64,000 nucleotides of DNA from Candidatus Methylomirabilia bacterium (GTDB lineage: Bacteria > Methylomirabilota > Methylomirabilia > Rokubacteriales > CSP1-6). Below the pieces are notes generated by a model that saw only the letters and a list, made by a program, of their open reading frames with translations, was not told the origin of the DNA and did no database searches. The stretch lies in assembly GCA_041492755.1 (NCBI GenBank), contig JBGPXN010000001.1, positions 32,001 to 96,000 on the forward strand. The letters are read 5' to 3'. This document shows positions 10,289 to 21,647 of this stretch, piece after piece. The position numbers and the translations under genes were made by a program. Numbering within the stretch: the stretch's first letter is position 1; each line of letters starts with the position of its first letter.

Positions 10289-11382
10289 CAGGCGTTGACC
10301 TCCGTCCCCTGCGCCGCCCGGCGCTCGGCGATGAATTTGTCGACCTCCTCGCGCATCGCCTGCACGATCCCGCTCTCGGGCACCTTGCGGATCACCTCAC
10401 CGTGCTTGAAGATCAACCCGATCCCCTTCCCGCCCGCGACGCCGATGTCGGCCACCCGCGCCTCGCCGGGACCGTTGACTTCACATCCCATCACCGCGAT
10501 GTGGATCTCTTCGTTGAGGCCCTTGAACTCGTCTTCCACTTCGCGGGCGAGCTTGACGAGGTCGACGTCGGCGCGGCCGCACGACGGGCAGGCGACGAAG
10601 GTGAGGCCGCCGCGACGCAGGCCGAGCGCCTTGAGGATGTCGATGCCGACGCGGACTTCTTCGGTGGGGTCGGCGGACAGGGACACGCGAATCGTGTCGC
10701 CGATGCCCTGGGAGAGGAGCGCGCCGAGGCCGACCGCGGACTTGATGGTGCCCACGCCGGGCGTGCCGGCCTCGGTGACGCCGAGATGGAACGGATAGTC
10801 CACCTGGTCGGCGAGCATCCGGTACGCCTCGATCATCATGGACGGATCGGACGCCTTGAGGGAGATCTTCATCTCCGGATAGTCACACTCTTCGAGGATC
10901 CGGATGTGTCGCAGCCCCGACTCCACCATCCCCTTCGCGCTGGGGCCGTTGTACTTCGCGAGCAGATCCTTCTCCAGCGAGCCCGCGTTGACGCCGATGC
11001 GGATGGGGATCTTGCGGTCCTTGGCGAGGTTGACGACCTCCATCACGAACGGCTTGCCGCCGATGTTGCCCGGGTTGAGGCGGAGACCGTCCACACCCTG
11101 CTGGAGCGCGATGAGGGCCAGCTTGTAGTTGAAGTGGATGTCGGCCACCAGCGGGATGCGGATCTGCTTCTTGATCTCGCCGAGCTTCTCGGCGGCCTCG
11201 CGCACGGGCACCGCGCAGCGCACGACGTCGCACCCGGCCGCCTCCAGCGACCAGATCTCGAGCAGCGTCGCTTCCACGTTCCGCGTGTCCGTCTTGGTCA
11301 TGGACTGCACGGTGATGGGCGCGTCACCGCCGATCTTGACGTTGCCGATCTGGATCTGCCGTGTTCTCCGCCGTTCGGTCAT
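10288..11382 (-). CDS. ispG: HMBPP synthase (GcpE)
   Basis: VQSMT, ADIHF, RLNPGN, RIGVNAGSL, CPSCGR, VMGCEVNGPGEA. Confidence 0.98.
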   Translation of the reverse strand: MTERRRTRQIQIGNVKIGGDAPITVQSMTKTDTRNVEATLLEIWSLEAAGCDVVRCAVPVREAAEKLGEIKKQIRIPLVADIHFNYKLALIALQQGVDGLRLNPGNIGGKPFVMEVVNLAKDRKIPIRIGVNAGSLEKDLLAKYNGPSAKGMVESGLRHIRILEECDYPEMKISLKASDPSMMIEAYRMLADQVDYPFHLGVTEAGTPGVGTIKSAVGLGALLSQGIGDTIRVSLSADPTEEVRVGIDILKALGLRRGGLTFVACPSCGRADVDLVKLAREVEDEFKGLNEEIHIAVMGCEVNGPGEARVADIGVAGGKGIGLIFKHGEVIRKVPESGIVQAMREEVDKFIAERRAAQGTEVNA

Positions 11383-11393
11383 GTCACCCGTCC

Positions 11394-12758
11394 CTATCGA
11401 AAAAAGCGAAACGCGTCGATGCGCACGAGGTCGTTGTAGAGCGCATAGACCATGAGCAGCATGAGGAGCACGAAGCCGAGCTGCTGGGCGGCCTCCCGCT
11501 TCTTGAGCGAGAGCGGCCGGCCCCGGATGCCTTCGATGACGAAGAAGAAGAGGTGGCCGCCGTCCAGCATGGGGACGGGCAGCAGATTCAGCACCGCGAG
11601 GTTCACGCTGATGATCGCGGTGAAGAGCGCCAGTGAGGCGGCGCCTTCTTTGGCCTGGCGCCCGGCTTCGGCGGCGATCTGGATGGGGCCGCCGATGTTC
11701 GAGCGGTCGATGGTCCCCCACACGACCTTCCACAGGCCCTTCACGGTGAGGACGGTCATGTCCCACGTCTTGACCGCGCCGTACGCGATGGCCTGGGGCA
11801 GTGGATACGGCTCGTAGCTCACCGTCTTCGTCACGATGCCGACGCCGATCCGACCGACTTCAGTCTCGCCCGTCGGCGTCTTTTCCTTCACGACGATCGC
11901 CGTCACCGGCACCGTCAGCGGGCGGCCGTCACGCTCGATGGTGATCTCGAACGTCTGACCGCCGCGCTTCTGGATCGCCTGCATCAGGTCCTCGGGCGTG
12001 AACACGGGTTGTCCGGCCACCGCCTTCACGACGTCGCCCGGCTTCAGTCCGGCCTTGTCGGCGGGTGATCCCGGGTTCACGGAGCCGATCTGCGGCGTGA
12101 GCTGCGGGCCGGCGCCGATCTCCCACGTTTCGCGGGCCTCCTTGAAGATGAGATCGCGCACGACGGTGAGACGCGGCTCGACCGTCACCGGCTGGGTCGC
12201 TCCGGCGGCGCGGGCGATCATCAGCGACAGCGGCTGGCCGGTGCTCGAGGTCAGCGCCCGCTCGAGATCTTCCCAGTACGCGACGGGCCTGCCGTCCACC
12301 GCCACCACCCTGTCGCCGGTGCGGAGTCCGGCGGCCGCCGCCGGGCTGTCCTCGGTCACACGTCCGATCACGGGGGCCCACACCGGCCGGCCGGCGGTGG
12401 CGAGGACGCCCATGAAGATGACGGCGGCCAGCACGAAGTTCATCCCCGGCCCGGCAAAGACGATGAGGAACCGCATCCAGAGCGGCTTCAGCGCGAACGC
12501 CTTGGACGGATCCCACGGCATCGGCGCACCGCCCTCGAGCGGATTCTCCTCGCCCAGCATCTTCACGTAGCCGCCCATGGGAATGACGGACAGGCAGTAC
12601 TCGGTCTCCTGGCCGCGCCAGCGCAGCAACACGGGACCGAAACCGATCGAGAAGCGCTCCACACCGACCCCACACCACCGCGCGACGATGAAGTGACCGA
12701 GCTCGTGGATGAGGATGAGAATTCCGATGACGACGACGAAAGAAACCACCGTGGTCAC
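11394..12758 (-). CDS. rseP: RIP metalloprotease with two PDZ domains
   Basis: HELGH, NLLPVPMLDGGH; GTG start overlapping the dxr stop. Confidence 0.95.
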   Translation of the reverse strand: MTTVVSFVVVIGILILIHELGHFIVARWCGVGVERFSIGFGPVLLRWRGQETEYCLSVIPMGGYVKMLGEENPLEGGAPMPWDPSKAFALKPLWMRFLIVFAGPGMNFVLAAVIFMGVLATAGRPVWAPVIGRVTEDSPAAAAGLRTGDRVVAVDGRPVAYWEDLERALTSSTGQPLSLMIARAAGATQPVTVEPRLTVVRDLIFKEARETWEIGAGPQLTPQIGSVNPGSPADKAGLKPGDVVKAVAGQPVFTPEDLMQAIQKRGGQTFEITIERDGRPLTVPVTAIVVKEKTPTGETEVGRIGVGIVTKTVSYEPYPLPQAIAYGAVKTWDMTVLTVKGLWKVVWGTIDRSNIGGPIQIAAEAGRQAKEGAASLALFTAIISVNLAVLNLLPVPMLDGGHLFFFVIEGIRGRPLSLKKREAAQQLGFVLLMLLMVYALYNDLVRIDAFRFFR

Positions 12759-13930
12759 GACGACAAACCTCCCGACAGCGCGTCGACCAGATCCGCCGCC
12801 AGGCGACGGACGTCGGCGTCGACCGCGACACATTCTTCGATGGACGTGAGCTCGCCGATCGGATACTTCCCGAGGGCGCGCTCGATCAGCTCGGGGATCT
12901 GGACGAATCGCAGGCGGCGGCCCAGGAAGGCGGCCACCGCCACTTCGTTCGCGGCGTTGAGGACGACGGGCGCCGCGCCGCCCCGCTCGAGCGCACCGCG
13001 GGCCAGCGCGAGGCAGGGAAACTTGACGGGGTCGGGCGCGAAGAAGGTCAGGCCCGAAAGCCGGGTGAGATCGAGCCGCGCCGACGGCGTCGGCCGGCGC
13101 TCGGGGTACGTGAGCGCGTAGAGGATGGGCACGCCCATGTCGGCGACGCCCAGCTGGGCGATCACCGAGCCATCGATGTACTCCACCATCGAGTGGACGA
13201 TCGACTGCGGATGCACGATGACCTGGACCTGCGCCGACGCGACGTCGAACAGCCAGCGCGCCTCGATCACTTCGAGGCCCTTGTTCATCAGGGTGGCGGA
13301 ATCGACGGTGATCTTCGCCCCCATCTTCCACGTCGGATGCTTGAGGGCGTCTTCCACGGTGACCGCGGCCAGCGCGGACGCGGGCAGCTCGCGGAACGGT
13401 CCGCCGGACGCGGTGAGGAGGATCTTATGGACGTCGCCGCGATTGTGTCCCTGCAGGCACTGGAACACCGCGCTGTGCTCGGAGTCCACGGGCAGCAACG
13501 GCACGCCGGCCTGGCGCGCCGCCGCCGTCATGAGGCTTCCGGCCATGACCAGCGTTTCCTTGTTGGCGAGGGCCACCGGTCGCCGCGCGCGGATCGCTGC
13601 CATCGTCGGTAGCAGCCCGGCGCCGCCGACCAGCGCCGACACCACGATGTCGGCTTCCGTTTCCCCCGCGAGCGCGGCCACCCCGGCCGGCCCGCCCAGC
13701 AACTCGGGCCGCGGCGCGGGCAGGTGCGCGGCGAGCCGATCGATGGCGGCCTCGTCCAGGAGCGCCACCGCCTGCGGCGCGTACTTGCGACAGAGATCGG
13801 CGATGAGCTCGACGTTCGAGCCCCGGGCGGCCAGACCGGCGATCGAGAATTCTTCCGGGAAACTCGAGACCAGCTCGAGCGTGCGGAGACCGATGGATCC
13901 GGTGGCGCCGAGCAGCGTGATGCGCTTCAC
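12755..13930 (-). CDS. dxr: DXP reductoisomerase
   Basis: LGATGSIG, LANKE, PVDSEH, TASGGPF, MGAKITVDSATLMNKGLE. Confidence 0.98.
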   Translation of the reverse strand: MKRITLLGATGSIGLRTLELVSSFPEEFSIAGLAARGSNVELIADLCRKYAPQAVALLDEAAIDRLAAHLPAPRPELLGGPAGVAALAGETEADIVVSALVGGAGLLPTMAAIRARRPVALANKETLVMAGSLMTAAARQAGVPLLPVDSEHSAVFQCLQGHNRGDVHKILLTASGGPFRELPASALAAVTVEDALKHPTWKMGAKITVDSATLMNKGLEVIEARWLFDVASAQVQVIVHPQSIVHSMVEYIDGSVIAQLGVADMGVPILYALTYPERRPTPSARLDLTRLSGLTFFAPDPVKFPCLALARGALERGGAAPVVLNAANEVAVAAFLGRRLRFVQIPELIERALGKYPIGELTSIEECVAVDADVRRLAADLVDALSGGLSS

Positions 13931-14787
13931 GACGTCGCCCCCCACAGCTTCACGTAGTAGTAGAAGGACGGGACGTTGAAGAGCAGGCTGTCGATCCGGT
14001 CGAGCATCCCGCCGTGACCGGGGATCAATGCGCCCGTGTCCTTCGTGCCGAGGCTTCGCTTGACCACCGATTCAGCGAGGTCGCCGAGTTGCCCCATCGC
14101 GCCGAGGAACGCGCCGGCGCCGGCCGTGAAGGTGGCCGGCCACGCGGTCAGCAACCAGCGTCCCAGGATCAGCGCGGAGATCACGGAGACCACGAGCTGG
14201 GCGATCGCACCCTCCATCGTCTTGGCCGGACTGATCGTCGGCGCGAGCCGATGCCGGCCGACCGTTGAGCCCACGAGGTAGGCGGCGGATTCACCAGCCC
14301 ACGTCACGCCGACCAAGAACAGCACCAGCCACGCCCCCTCGGGGAGCTCGCGCAAGAGGACGGCGTGACCGAGCGGCCATCCCACGTAGACCGCGGCCAG
14401 CAGCCCCACCGCCACCGGCTCGATGGACAGCGGAGCGCCCCCCCACACCGGGGCGCTCATGACCAGCATCACCACCCCGGTCAGCACGATCACCGATGCG
14501 CCGGACACGGCGAAGCTCAGCGTCACCGCGAACGCGGCGGCGACGCCCAGACGGGGATACGCCGGCCGACCCGCGCGCTGGAACATCCGTCCCAGCTCCC
14601 AGGCGGCCGCGGCGCTGACCGCCACCACGAGCGCGATGAAGACCGCCGCCGGCGCCGCCACCAGCACGAGGATGAACAGGGGGAGCAGCACGGCGGTGCT
14701 GAGGACGCGCTTCAGCATGTGGTCATACGCCGTCCTTCGGCGGACGGCCGGCGTGGCGGGCGCGACACCCCCCGGCAACCACGTCAA
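13927..14787 (-). CDS. cdsA: Phosphatidate cytidylyltransferase
   Basis: SPAKTMEG, KDTGALIPGHGGMLDRIDS; start may be ATG 14718. Confidence 0.93.
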   Translation of the reverse strand: MTWLPGGVAPATPAVRRRTAYDHMLKRVLSTAVLLPLFILVLVAAPAAVFIALVVAVSAAAAWELGRMFQRAGRPAYPRLGVAAAFAVTLSFAVSGASVIVLTGVVMLVMSAPVWGGAPLSIEPVAVGLLAAVYVGWPLGHAVLLRELPEGAWLVLFLVGVTWAGESAAYLVGSTVGRHRLAPTISPAKTMEGAIAQLVVSVISALILGRWLLTAWPATFTAGAGAFLGAMGQLGDLAESVVKRSLGTKDTGALIPGHGGMLDRIDSLLFNVPSFYYYVKLWGATS

Positions 14788-15566
14788 ATCCCACCGAACC
14801 TGCGCGCGCGGCCCTGGTAGTCCGCGACCGCGCGGTACAAATCAACGGCACTGAAATCGGGCCACAGCGTCGGTGTGATCCACAGCTCGGTGTACGCGAT
14901 CTGCCAGAGCAGGAAGTTGGAGATGCGCATCTCGCCGCTGGTGCGGATGAGCAGGTCCGGGTCCGGAATGCCGTCCGTGTACAGCGCGCGGCTCACGTGG
15001 GCCTCGGTGATGTCTTCGGGCGCCAACTTCCCCGCCTGCACCTGGCCGGCCAACGTCCGCACCGCGTCCAGCAGCTCGTCGCGGCCGCCGTAGTTGAACG
15101 CGACGAGCAGGGTGAGCCCGGTATTCTCCGCCGTCTCCGCGGCCATGCGCTCGATGCCGCGCCGCACCCCCGACGGCACCCCGCGCATGCGACCGATGGG
15201 GCGCACGCGCACGTTCTGCTCCATGAGCTGGGGGAGCTCGCGCACGATCGCCTCTTCGAGGAGGCGCATCAGCATGGACACTTCGTCTTCGGGCCGATTC
15301 CAGTTCTCCGTGGAAAAGGCGTAGAGCGTGAGGTAGTCGAGCCCGATCTCGCCGGCCGCGCGCACGACCGCGTGCGCGGTCTTCACGCCTTCGCGGTGCC
15401 CCGCGATGCGCGGAAGCCCGCGACCGGTGGCCCACCGTCCGTTGCCGTCCATGATGACCGCGACGTGGGCGGGCAAGGGACGCGAGCGGACGAGCCCCCG
15501 CAGCTCGCCCTCATCGAGCGCGGCCGGCGCGGCGCGGAGGCCGGCGCTGGAGGATTTCAGCGGCAT
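14784..15566 (-). CDS. uppS: Undecaprenyl diphosphate synthase
   Basis: HVAVIMDGNGRWA, YAFSTENW, RTSGEMRISNFLLWQ. Confidence 0.97.
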   Translation of the reverse strand: MPLKSSSAGLRAAPAALDEGELRGLVRSRPLPAHVAVIMDGNGRWATGRGLPRIAGHREGVKTAHAVVRAAGEIGLDYLTLYAFSTENWNRPEDEVSMLMRLLEEAIVRELPQLMEQNVRVRPIGRMRGVPSGVRRGIERMAAETAENTGLTLLVAFNYGGRDELLDAVRTLAGQVQAGKLAPEDITEAHVSRALYTDGIPDPDLLIRTSGEMRISNFLLWQIAYTELWITPTLWPDFSAVDLYRAVADYQGRARRFGGI

Positions 15567-15581
15567 GAGCTTGCCATCTTA

Positions 15582-16142
15582 CTAAAACGAGAGGATTTCC
15601 CCTTCCTTCTTCTTGAGCAGCTCGTCCACTCTTGCGATGAGCTTGTCGGTCGTCTTCTGGATCTGATCGTGGCCCCGCCGCTCTTCGTCCTCGGACACTT
15701 TCTTGTCGCGGGCCAGGCCCTTGAGCTTGTCGTTGGCCTCGCGCCGGACGTTGCGGACGGCGACCCGGCCCTCCTCGGCGATCTTGTTGACGTTCTTGGC
15801 GAGCTGCTTGCGGCGCTCCTCGGTCAGCGTCGGCATGACGAGCCGGATCACTTTGCCGTCGTTGACCGGCGTCAGACCGAGGTCGGACTTCATGATCGCC
15901 TTCTCGATGGCCGGAAGCTGCGCCACCTCCCACGGCTGGATGACGAGCGTGCGCGGATCCGGGACCGCCAGCGACGCCATCTGAGAAATCGGAGTGAGCG
16001 TGCCGTAGTAGTCGACGCGCACGCTGTCGAGGAGCCCGGTGGACGCGCGCCCCGTGCGCACGGAGGCGAACTCGCGTCCGAGCGTGTCGATGGCGGAATT
16101 CATCCGGCTCTCCATGTCCTTGATGACATCTTGCATGGCCAT
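15582..16142 (-). CDS. frr: Ribosome recycling factor
   Basis: RTGRAS, LTEERRK, VRNVRR. Confidence 0.98.
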   Translation of the reverse strand: MAMQDVIKDMESRMNSAIDTLGREFASVRTGRASTGLLDSVRVDYYGTLTPISQMASLAVPDPRTLVIQPWEVAQLPAIEKAIMKSDLGLTPVNDGKVIRLVMPTLTEERRKQLAKNVNKIAEEGRVAVRNVRREANDKLKGLARDKKVSEDEERRGHDQIQKTTDKLIARVDELLKKKEGEILSF

Positions 16143-16165
16143 GGCCGCTCCTTCCCGCCGGCCGG

Positions 16166-17509
<1,344 letters not shown>

Positions 17510-18271
17510 TCAGGCCTCGGTCTCGGCGACCGCCATCTCCGGCTCCGCCGTGGCCTCGGCCGCCGCCTCGTCGGCCTCGTCCTTGGCGAGCGTGCCGCGC
17601 CCTTCGAGGATCGCGTCGGCGATCCGCCCGGTGATCAGCCGGACCGCGCGAATGGCGTCGTCATTGCCCGGCACCGGATAGTCGATGCCGGTCGGATCGC
17701 AGTTGGTGTCCACGATGGCCACGATGGGGATGCCCAGCCGCTGGGCCTCCGCCACCGCGATCTTCTCCTTCCGCGGATCGATGATGAACACCGCGGACGG
17801 CAGCTGCTCCATCATCTTGATCCCGATGAGCGCCTTCTCGAGCTTCAGGCGCTCGCGGTCGAGCTGGAGGGCCTCCTTTTTCGGCAGCCGCTCCACGGCG
17901 CCGCTTTCCTTCATCTCCTCGATCTTCTTCAGGCGGCCGATCGACTTTCGAATGGTGGCGAAGTTGGTCAGGGTGCCGCCCAGCCAGCGCTGGTTCACGT
18001 AGAACATCGCGCAGCGGCCGGCCTCCTCGAAGACGGTGTCTTGCGCCTGCTTCTTGGTGCCGATGAAGAGCACGCTGCCGCCACCGGCGGCAAGGTCGCG
18101 GACGAAGGCGTACGCTTCACGGAACTTCTTGAGGGTCTTTTGCAGATCGATGATGTAGATGCCGTTGCGCTCGCCGAAGATGTATTTCTGCATCTTCGGG
18201 TTCCAGCGCTTGGTTTGGTGGCCGAAGTGCACTCCAGCCTCGAGCAACTCCTTCATGGTCAGGGCAGCCAT
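17510..18271 (-). CDS. rpsB: 30S ribosomal protein S2
   Basis: [26 protein letters not shown]. Confidence 0.99.
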   Translation of the reverse strand: MAALTMKELLEAGVHFGHQTKRWNPKMQKYIFGERNGIYIIDLQKTLKKFREAYAFVRDLAAGGGSVLFIGTKKQAQDTVFEEAGRCAMFYVNQRWLGGTLTNFATIRKSIGRLKKIEEMKESGAVERLPKKEALQLDRERLKLEKALIGIKMMEQLPSAVFIIDPRKEKIAVAEAQRLGIPIVAIVDTNCDPTGIDYPVPGNDDAIRAVRLITGRIADAILEGRGTLAKDEADEAAAEATAEPEMAVAETEA

Positions 18272-18277
18272 GCATCC

Positions 18278-18349
18278 TCCTTCGGTTTGCCTCCGCCGCG
18301 TCTATCGGGGCTCCCTGCGTGAAGCCCCGCACCGAAGTCGCGCGGCGTG
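18278..18349 (-). promoter_or_regulatory. rpsB 5' leader (t44/S2-leader-like structured RNA)
   Basis: CGCCGCG...CGCGGCG outer stem, GGGGCT/AGCCCC inner stem, GGAGGCAAACC end, TTCGGT/ACCGAA complementarity; TATCAT at 18351-18356. Confidence 0.6.
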
Positions 18350-18361
18350 AATGATAGTGAG

Positions 18362-19576
18362 CTACGTCGTGTACTTCGCATTGATCCGCACGTACTCCTC
18401 GGAGAGGTCACAGGTCCACACCCGCTCCTCTCCGCGGCCCAACCCCAGGTCGATCGTGATCGTGTAGGCCGGCTCTCCCATGATCTCGCGGATTCGGTCC
18501 AGGCGCGCGCCTTCCTTGCCCACCCCCCGCTCCACCAGCGGCTCGTCGGCGAAGGCGATACTGACCTTGTCCTGCTCCACGCGCGCCGCCGATTTCCCGA
18601 GCGCCATCATGATCCGGCCCCAGTTCGGGTCCTGCCCGTTGATGGCGGTCTTCACCAGGGGCGAGTTGGCCACGCTGCGCGCCGCGGTCAGGGCGTCCCG
18701 GCGGCTGGCCGCGCCGCGGACGACGACGGTCACCAGCTTGGTGGCGCCTTCACCGTCGCTGACCAGCATCTGGGCCAGTCGGCCCGTGAGCGCCTCCAGA
18801 CCCTGGGTGAACTGCCGGAAACCGCGCCCGCCCGACTCGAGGGGCGCGTTCTCCGCCAGCCCGTTGGCGAGCACGGCGACCGTATCGCTCGTCGACTGGT
18901 CGCCATCGACGGTAATCCGGTTGAAGGAGCGGGCCGCGGCCCGGCGCAGCGCGGTCTGAAGGGCTTTGGCCGTCACGACCGCGTCGGTGGTGACGAAGCA
19001 GAACATCGTCGCCATGTGGGGCTCGATCATCCCCACCCCCTTGGCGATCCCGCCGAGCGTCACCGGACGGCCGTTCACCTCGAGGCGCAACGCCGCTTCC
19101 TTGGGGCGCGTGTCCGTCGTCATGATCGCTTCGGCGGCGGCGCGCCCGCCCTGCGGCGACAGCGACTTCACCAGCTTCGGGAGCGCGCTCCGGATCTTGT
19201 CCATCGGCAGCGGCACCCCGATGACCCCGGTGGCGCCGATCAGCACCTGCTTGGCCGAGATGCGGAGCAACTCACCGACGATTCCCGTGATCTCACGCGC
19301 GTCCTTGACCCCCTGCTCGCCCGTGCACACGTTGGCGCAGCCGCTGGAGGCGACGATGGCTTGCGCGGTGCCGCCGCGAACGTGGTCCATCGAGACCAGC
19401 ACCGAGGCACCCTTGACCTGGTTCGTGGTGAACACGGCGGCCACGCGCGCGGGAGAGGAGGAGTAGATGAGGGCGAGGTCCTTCTTGCCGCTCGGCTTGA
19501 TGCCCCCCGTGATACCAGCAGCAAGAATGCCCGGAACCGCGGTGACGCCGCCTCCCAGCCACTCGATCTCGCCCAA
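18362..19576 (-). CDS. argJ: Bifunctional ornithine acetyltransferase/N-acetylglutamate synthase
   Basis: MTTDT, KGVGMIEPHMATM, DGDQSTSD, DGEGATK, DPNWGR. Confidence 0.96.
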   Translation of the reverse strand: MGEIEWLGGGVTAVPGILAAGITGGIKPSGKKDLALIYSSSPARVAAVFTTNQVKGASVLVSMDHVRGGTAQAIVASSGCANVCTGEQGVKDAREITGIVGELLRISAKQVLIGATGVIGVPLPMDKIRSALPKLVKSLSPQGGRAAAEAIMTTDTRPKEAALRLEVNGRPVTLGGIAKGVGMIEPHMATMFCFVTTDAVVTAKALQTALRRAAARSFNRITVDGDQSTSDTVAVLANGLAENAPLESGGRGFRQFTQGLEALTGRLAQMLVSDGEGATKLVTVVVRGAASRRDALTAARSVANSPLVKTAINGQDPNWGRIMMALGKSAARVEQDKVSIAFADEPLVERGVGKEGARLDRIREIMGEPAYTITIDLGLGRGEERVWTCDLSEEYVRINAKYTT

Positions 19577-19592
19577 TGCTAACGATCGCTCC

Positions 19593-20642
19593 TCAGGGAT
19601 AGACCGGCGGGCTGCTGAGCCCAGTGCGCTCGTTCCAGCCGAACAGGATGTTGAGGACCTGCACCCCGTTGGCGGAGCCGCCCTTGCCCAGGTTGTCGAG
19701 CGCCGACACGCACTTGGCGCGCCCGGTTCGGGAATCCGCCACGACCGTGAGGTCGCAGTAGTTGGAGCCGACCACCGAGCGCGTCGTCGGCCGCTCCCCC
19801 TCGTCGAGCACCCGCACGAACGGCTCGCCCGCGTAGAACTCGCGGTACACCGCGAGCAGGTCGGCGGTGGAGAGCGCGCGCACGAGCGGGACCGACGCGG
19901 TGGTGAAGAGGCCGCGGTTGAGCGGGACTAGATGCGGCGTGAACGATACCCGCACCGGCGCCCCCAGCAGCGCGCTCATCTCCTGCTCCATCTCGGGCGT
20001 GTGGCGATGGGACTCGAGCGCGTAGGCCTGCACGTTCTCGTTCGACTCCGTGTAGAGATACATCGGGTCGATCTTGCGGCCCTGGGCCCCCGCGCCCGTC
20101 ACCCCGGACTTGCCGTCCACCACGATGCCCTCGGGCCGCGCGAGCCCCGCTTTCAGCAGGGGCGCCGTCGCGAGGATGGTGCCGGTGGGATAGCAGCCCG
20201 GCGAGGCGACCAGCGCGGCGGAGACGATCGCCTTGCGATGCAGCTCGGGCAACCCGTATACCGCTTCGGCGAGTCCGTCGGGATCGATGTGCGGCGCCTT
20301 GTACCAGGTCGTGTAGTCGGCGGCATCGTGCAGCCGATAGTCCGCGGACAGGTCGATCACGCGGACGCCCCGACGCCGGAGCACCGGCACCACCTTCTGC
20401 GACTCCATGTGCGGCAGGGCCAGGAACACGACGTCCGCCATGGCGACGAAGTGATCGGGGTCGAGCTCGGTGAAGCGCAACTCGGTGAATCCGCGCAGGT
20501 GCGGATACGCCTTGGCCAGCGGCTCACCGGCCAGGCGGTCCGACGTCACGGCGGTCAGCGAGACGTTCGGGTGCCCGAGGAGAATTCGCAGGAGCTCGGC
20601 CCCCATGTAGCCGCTCGCTCCCGCCACTGCAACACGGATCAT
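19593..20642 (-). CDS. argC: N-acetyl-gamma-glutamyl-phosphate reductase
   Basis: GASGYMG, DLSADYR, PGCYPT, HRHTPE, DNLGKG. Confidence 0.97.
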   Translation of the reverse strand: MIRVAVAGASGYMGAELLRILLGHPNVSLTAVTSDRLAGEPLAKAYPHLRGFTELRFTELDPDHFVAMADVVFLALPHMESQKVVPVLRRRGVRVIDLSADYRLHDAADYTTWYKAPHIDPDGLAEAVYGLPELHRKAIVSAALVASPGCYPTGTILATAPLLKAGLARPEGIVVDGKSGVTGAGAQGRKIDPMYLYTESNENVQAYALESHRHTPEMEQEMSALLGAPVRVSFTPHLVPLNRGLFTTASVPLVRALSTADLLAVYREFYAGEPFVRVLDEGERPTTRSVVGSNYCDLTVVADSRTGRAKCVSALDNLGKGGSANGVQVLNILFGWNERTGLSSPPVYP

Positions 20643-20649
20643 CGTCGCG

Positions 20650-21048
20650 CTACCGCTTCGAGTACTGAAACTTCTGCCGCGCGCCCGGCTGGCCGTACTT
20701 CTTCCGCTCGCGCATCCGTGGATCACGGGTCAGCAAGCCGGCCTTCTTCAGCGGCTGGCGAAGCTTCTCGTCGAACTGCACGAGCGCCCGCGCGATGCCG
20801 TGCCGTACCGCGCCGGCCTGTCCGGTGGGCCCGCCGCCGGTAACGGTCGCGACGACGTCGAACTGGCCGTAGGTGTTGGTCACCTGCAGCGGCTGCGCGA
20901 TGATCATCCGGTTCGTTTCGCGCGAAAAGTAGTCTTCGAAGGCGCGACGATTCACGACCATCCGACCCGAGCCGGGACGAATCCAGACCCGCGCCACCGA
21001 TGTCTTCCGTCGGCCAGTTCCATAGAAGCGATCGATGACGGCCGCCAT
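20650..21048 (-). CDS. rpsI: 30S ribosomal protein S9
   Basis: [23 protein letters not shown]. Confidence 0.99.
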   Translation of the reverse strand: MAAVIDRFYGTGRRKTSVARVWIRPGSGRMVVNRRAFEDYFSRETNRMIIAQPLQVTNTYGQFDVVATVTGGGPTGQAGAVRHGIARALVQFDEKLRQPLKKAGLLTRDPRMRERKKYGQPGARQKFQYSKR

Positions 21049-21491
21049 CAGCGGGCTCCCTTCGGTTCCGGCATGGCCTCCGGCTGCTGCGCCTGGTGAG
21101 GATGGTCGGGGCCGCGGTAGACCTTGAGCTTCTTGACCATCGCGCGTCCGAGCCGGTTCTTCGGCAGCATGCCCTGCACCGCCCACTCGATCAGCCGATC
21201 GGGATGCGTCTTGATCATGACGCCCGCGCTGACCTCACGGAGACCGCCGATGTAGCCGGTGTGCCAGCGATACATCTTGTTCTGGAGCTTGCGGCCGGTG
21301 AGGTGAACCTTCTCCGCGTTCACGACGACTACGTGATCGCCGACGTCGAGATGGGGAGTGAAATTCGGGCGGTGCTTGCCGCGCAGGATCGTCGCGATGC
21401 GGGTGGCCAGCCGTCCCAGCACCTGACCGTCCGCGTCGACCACGAACCATTTGCGCTCGATTTCGCTCTCCTTGGGAATCGGCGTCGGCAT
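21048..21491 (-). CDS. rplM: 50S ribosomal protein L13
   Basis: [25 protein letters not shown]. Confidence 0.99.
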   Translation of the reverse strand: MPTPIPKESEIERKWFVVDADGQVLGRLATRIATILRGKHRPNFTPHLDVGDHVVVVNAEKVHLTGRKLQNKMYRWHTGYIGGLREVSAGVMIKTHPDRLIEWAVQGMLPKNRLGRAMVKKLKVYRGPDHPHQAQQPEAMPEPKGAR

Positions 21492-21545
21492 CGTCTTCCT
21501 TTCGGCTAAGTGGGCCACAGAGCAGGAGAATTCGCGCGAAAATTG

Positions 21546-21574
21546 ACTTTATAGGAAAAGCCCTGGGCTGTCAA
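21546..21574 (-). promoter_or_regulatory. sigma70 promoter of rplM-rpsI
   Basis: TTGACA-N17-TAAAGT on minus strand. Confidence 0.75.
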
Positions 21575-21647
21575 CGAACGGGCCGCCCGGACGGCGACCG
21601 GCGGCGGCTACCCTCGACCTGCCAAGTCGTTGACACATTCCGATGCG

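Noticed and set aside
18362..20642. argC-argJ inside a ribosomal gene run as a possible insertion
   Set aside because: No mobility signatures, same strand and tight spacing; looks like a stable lineage gene order.
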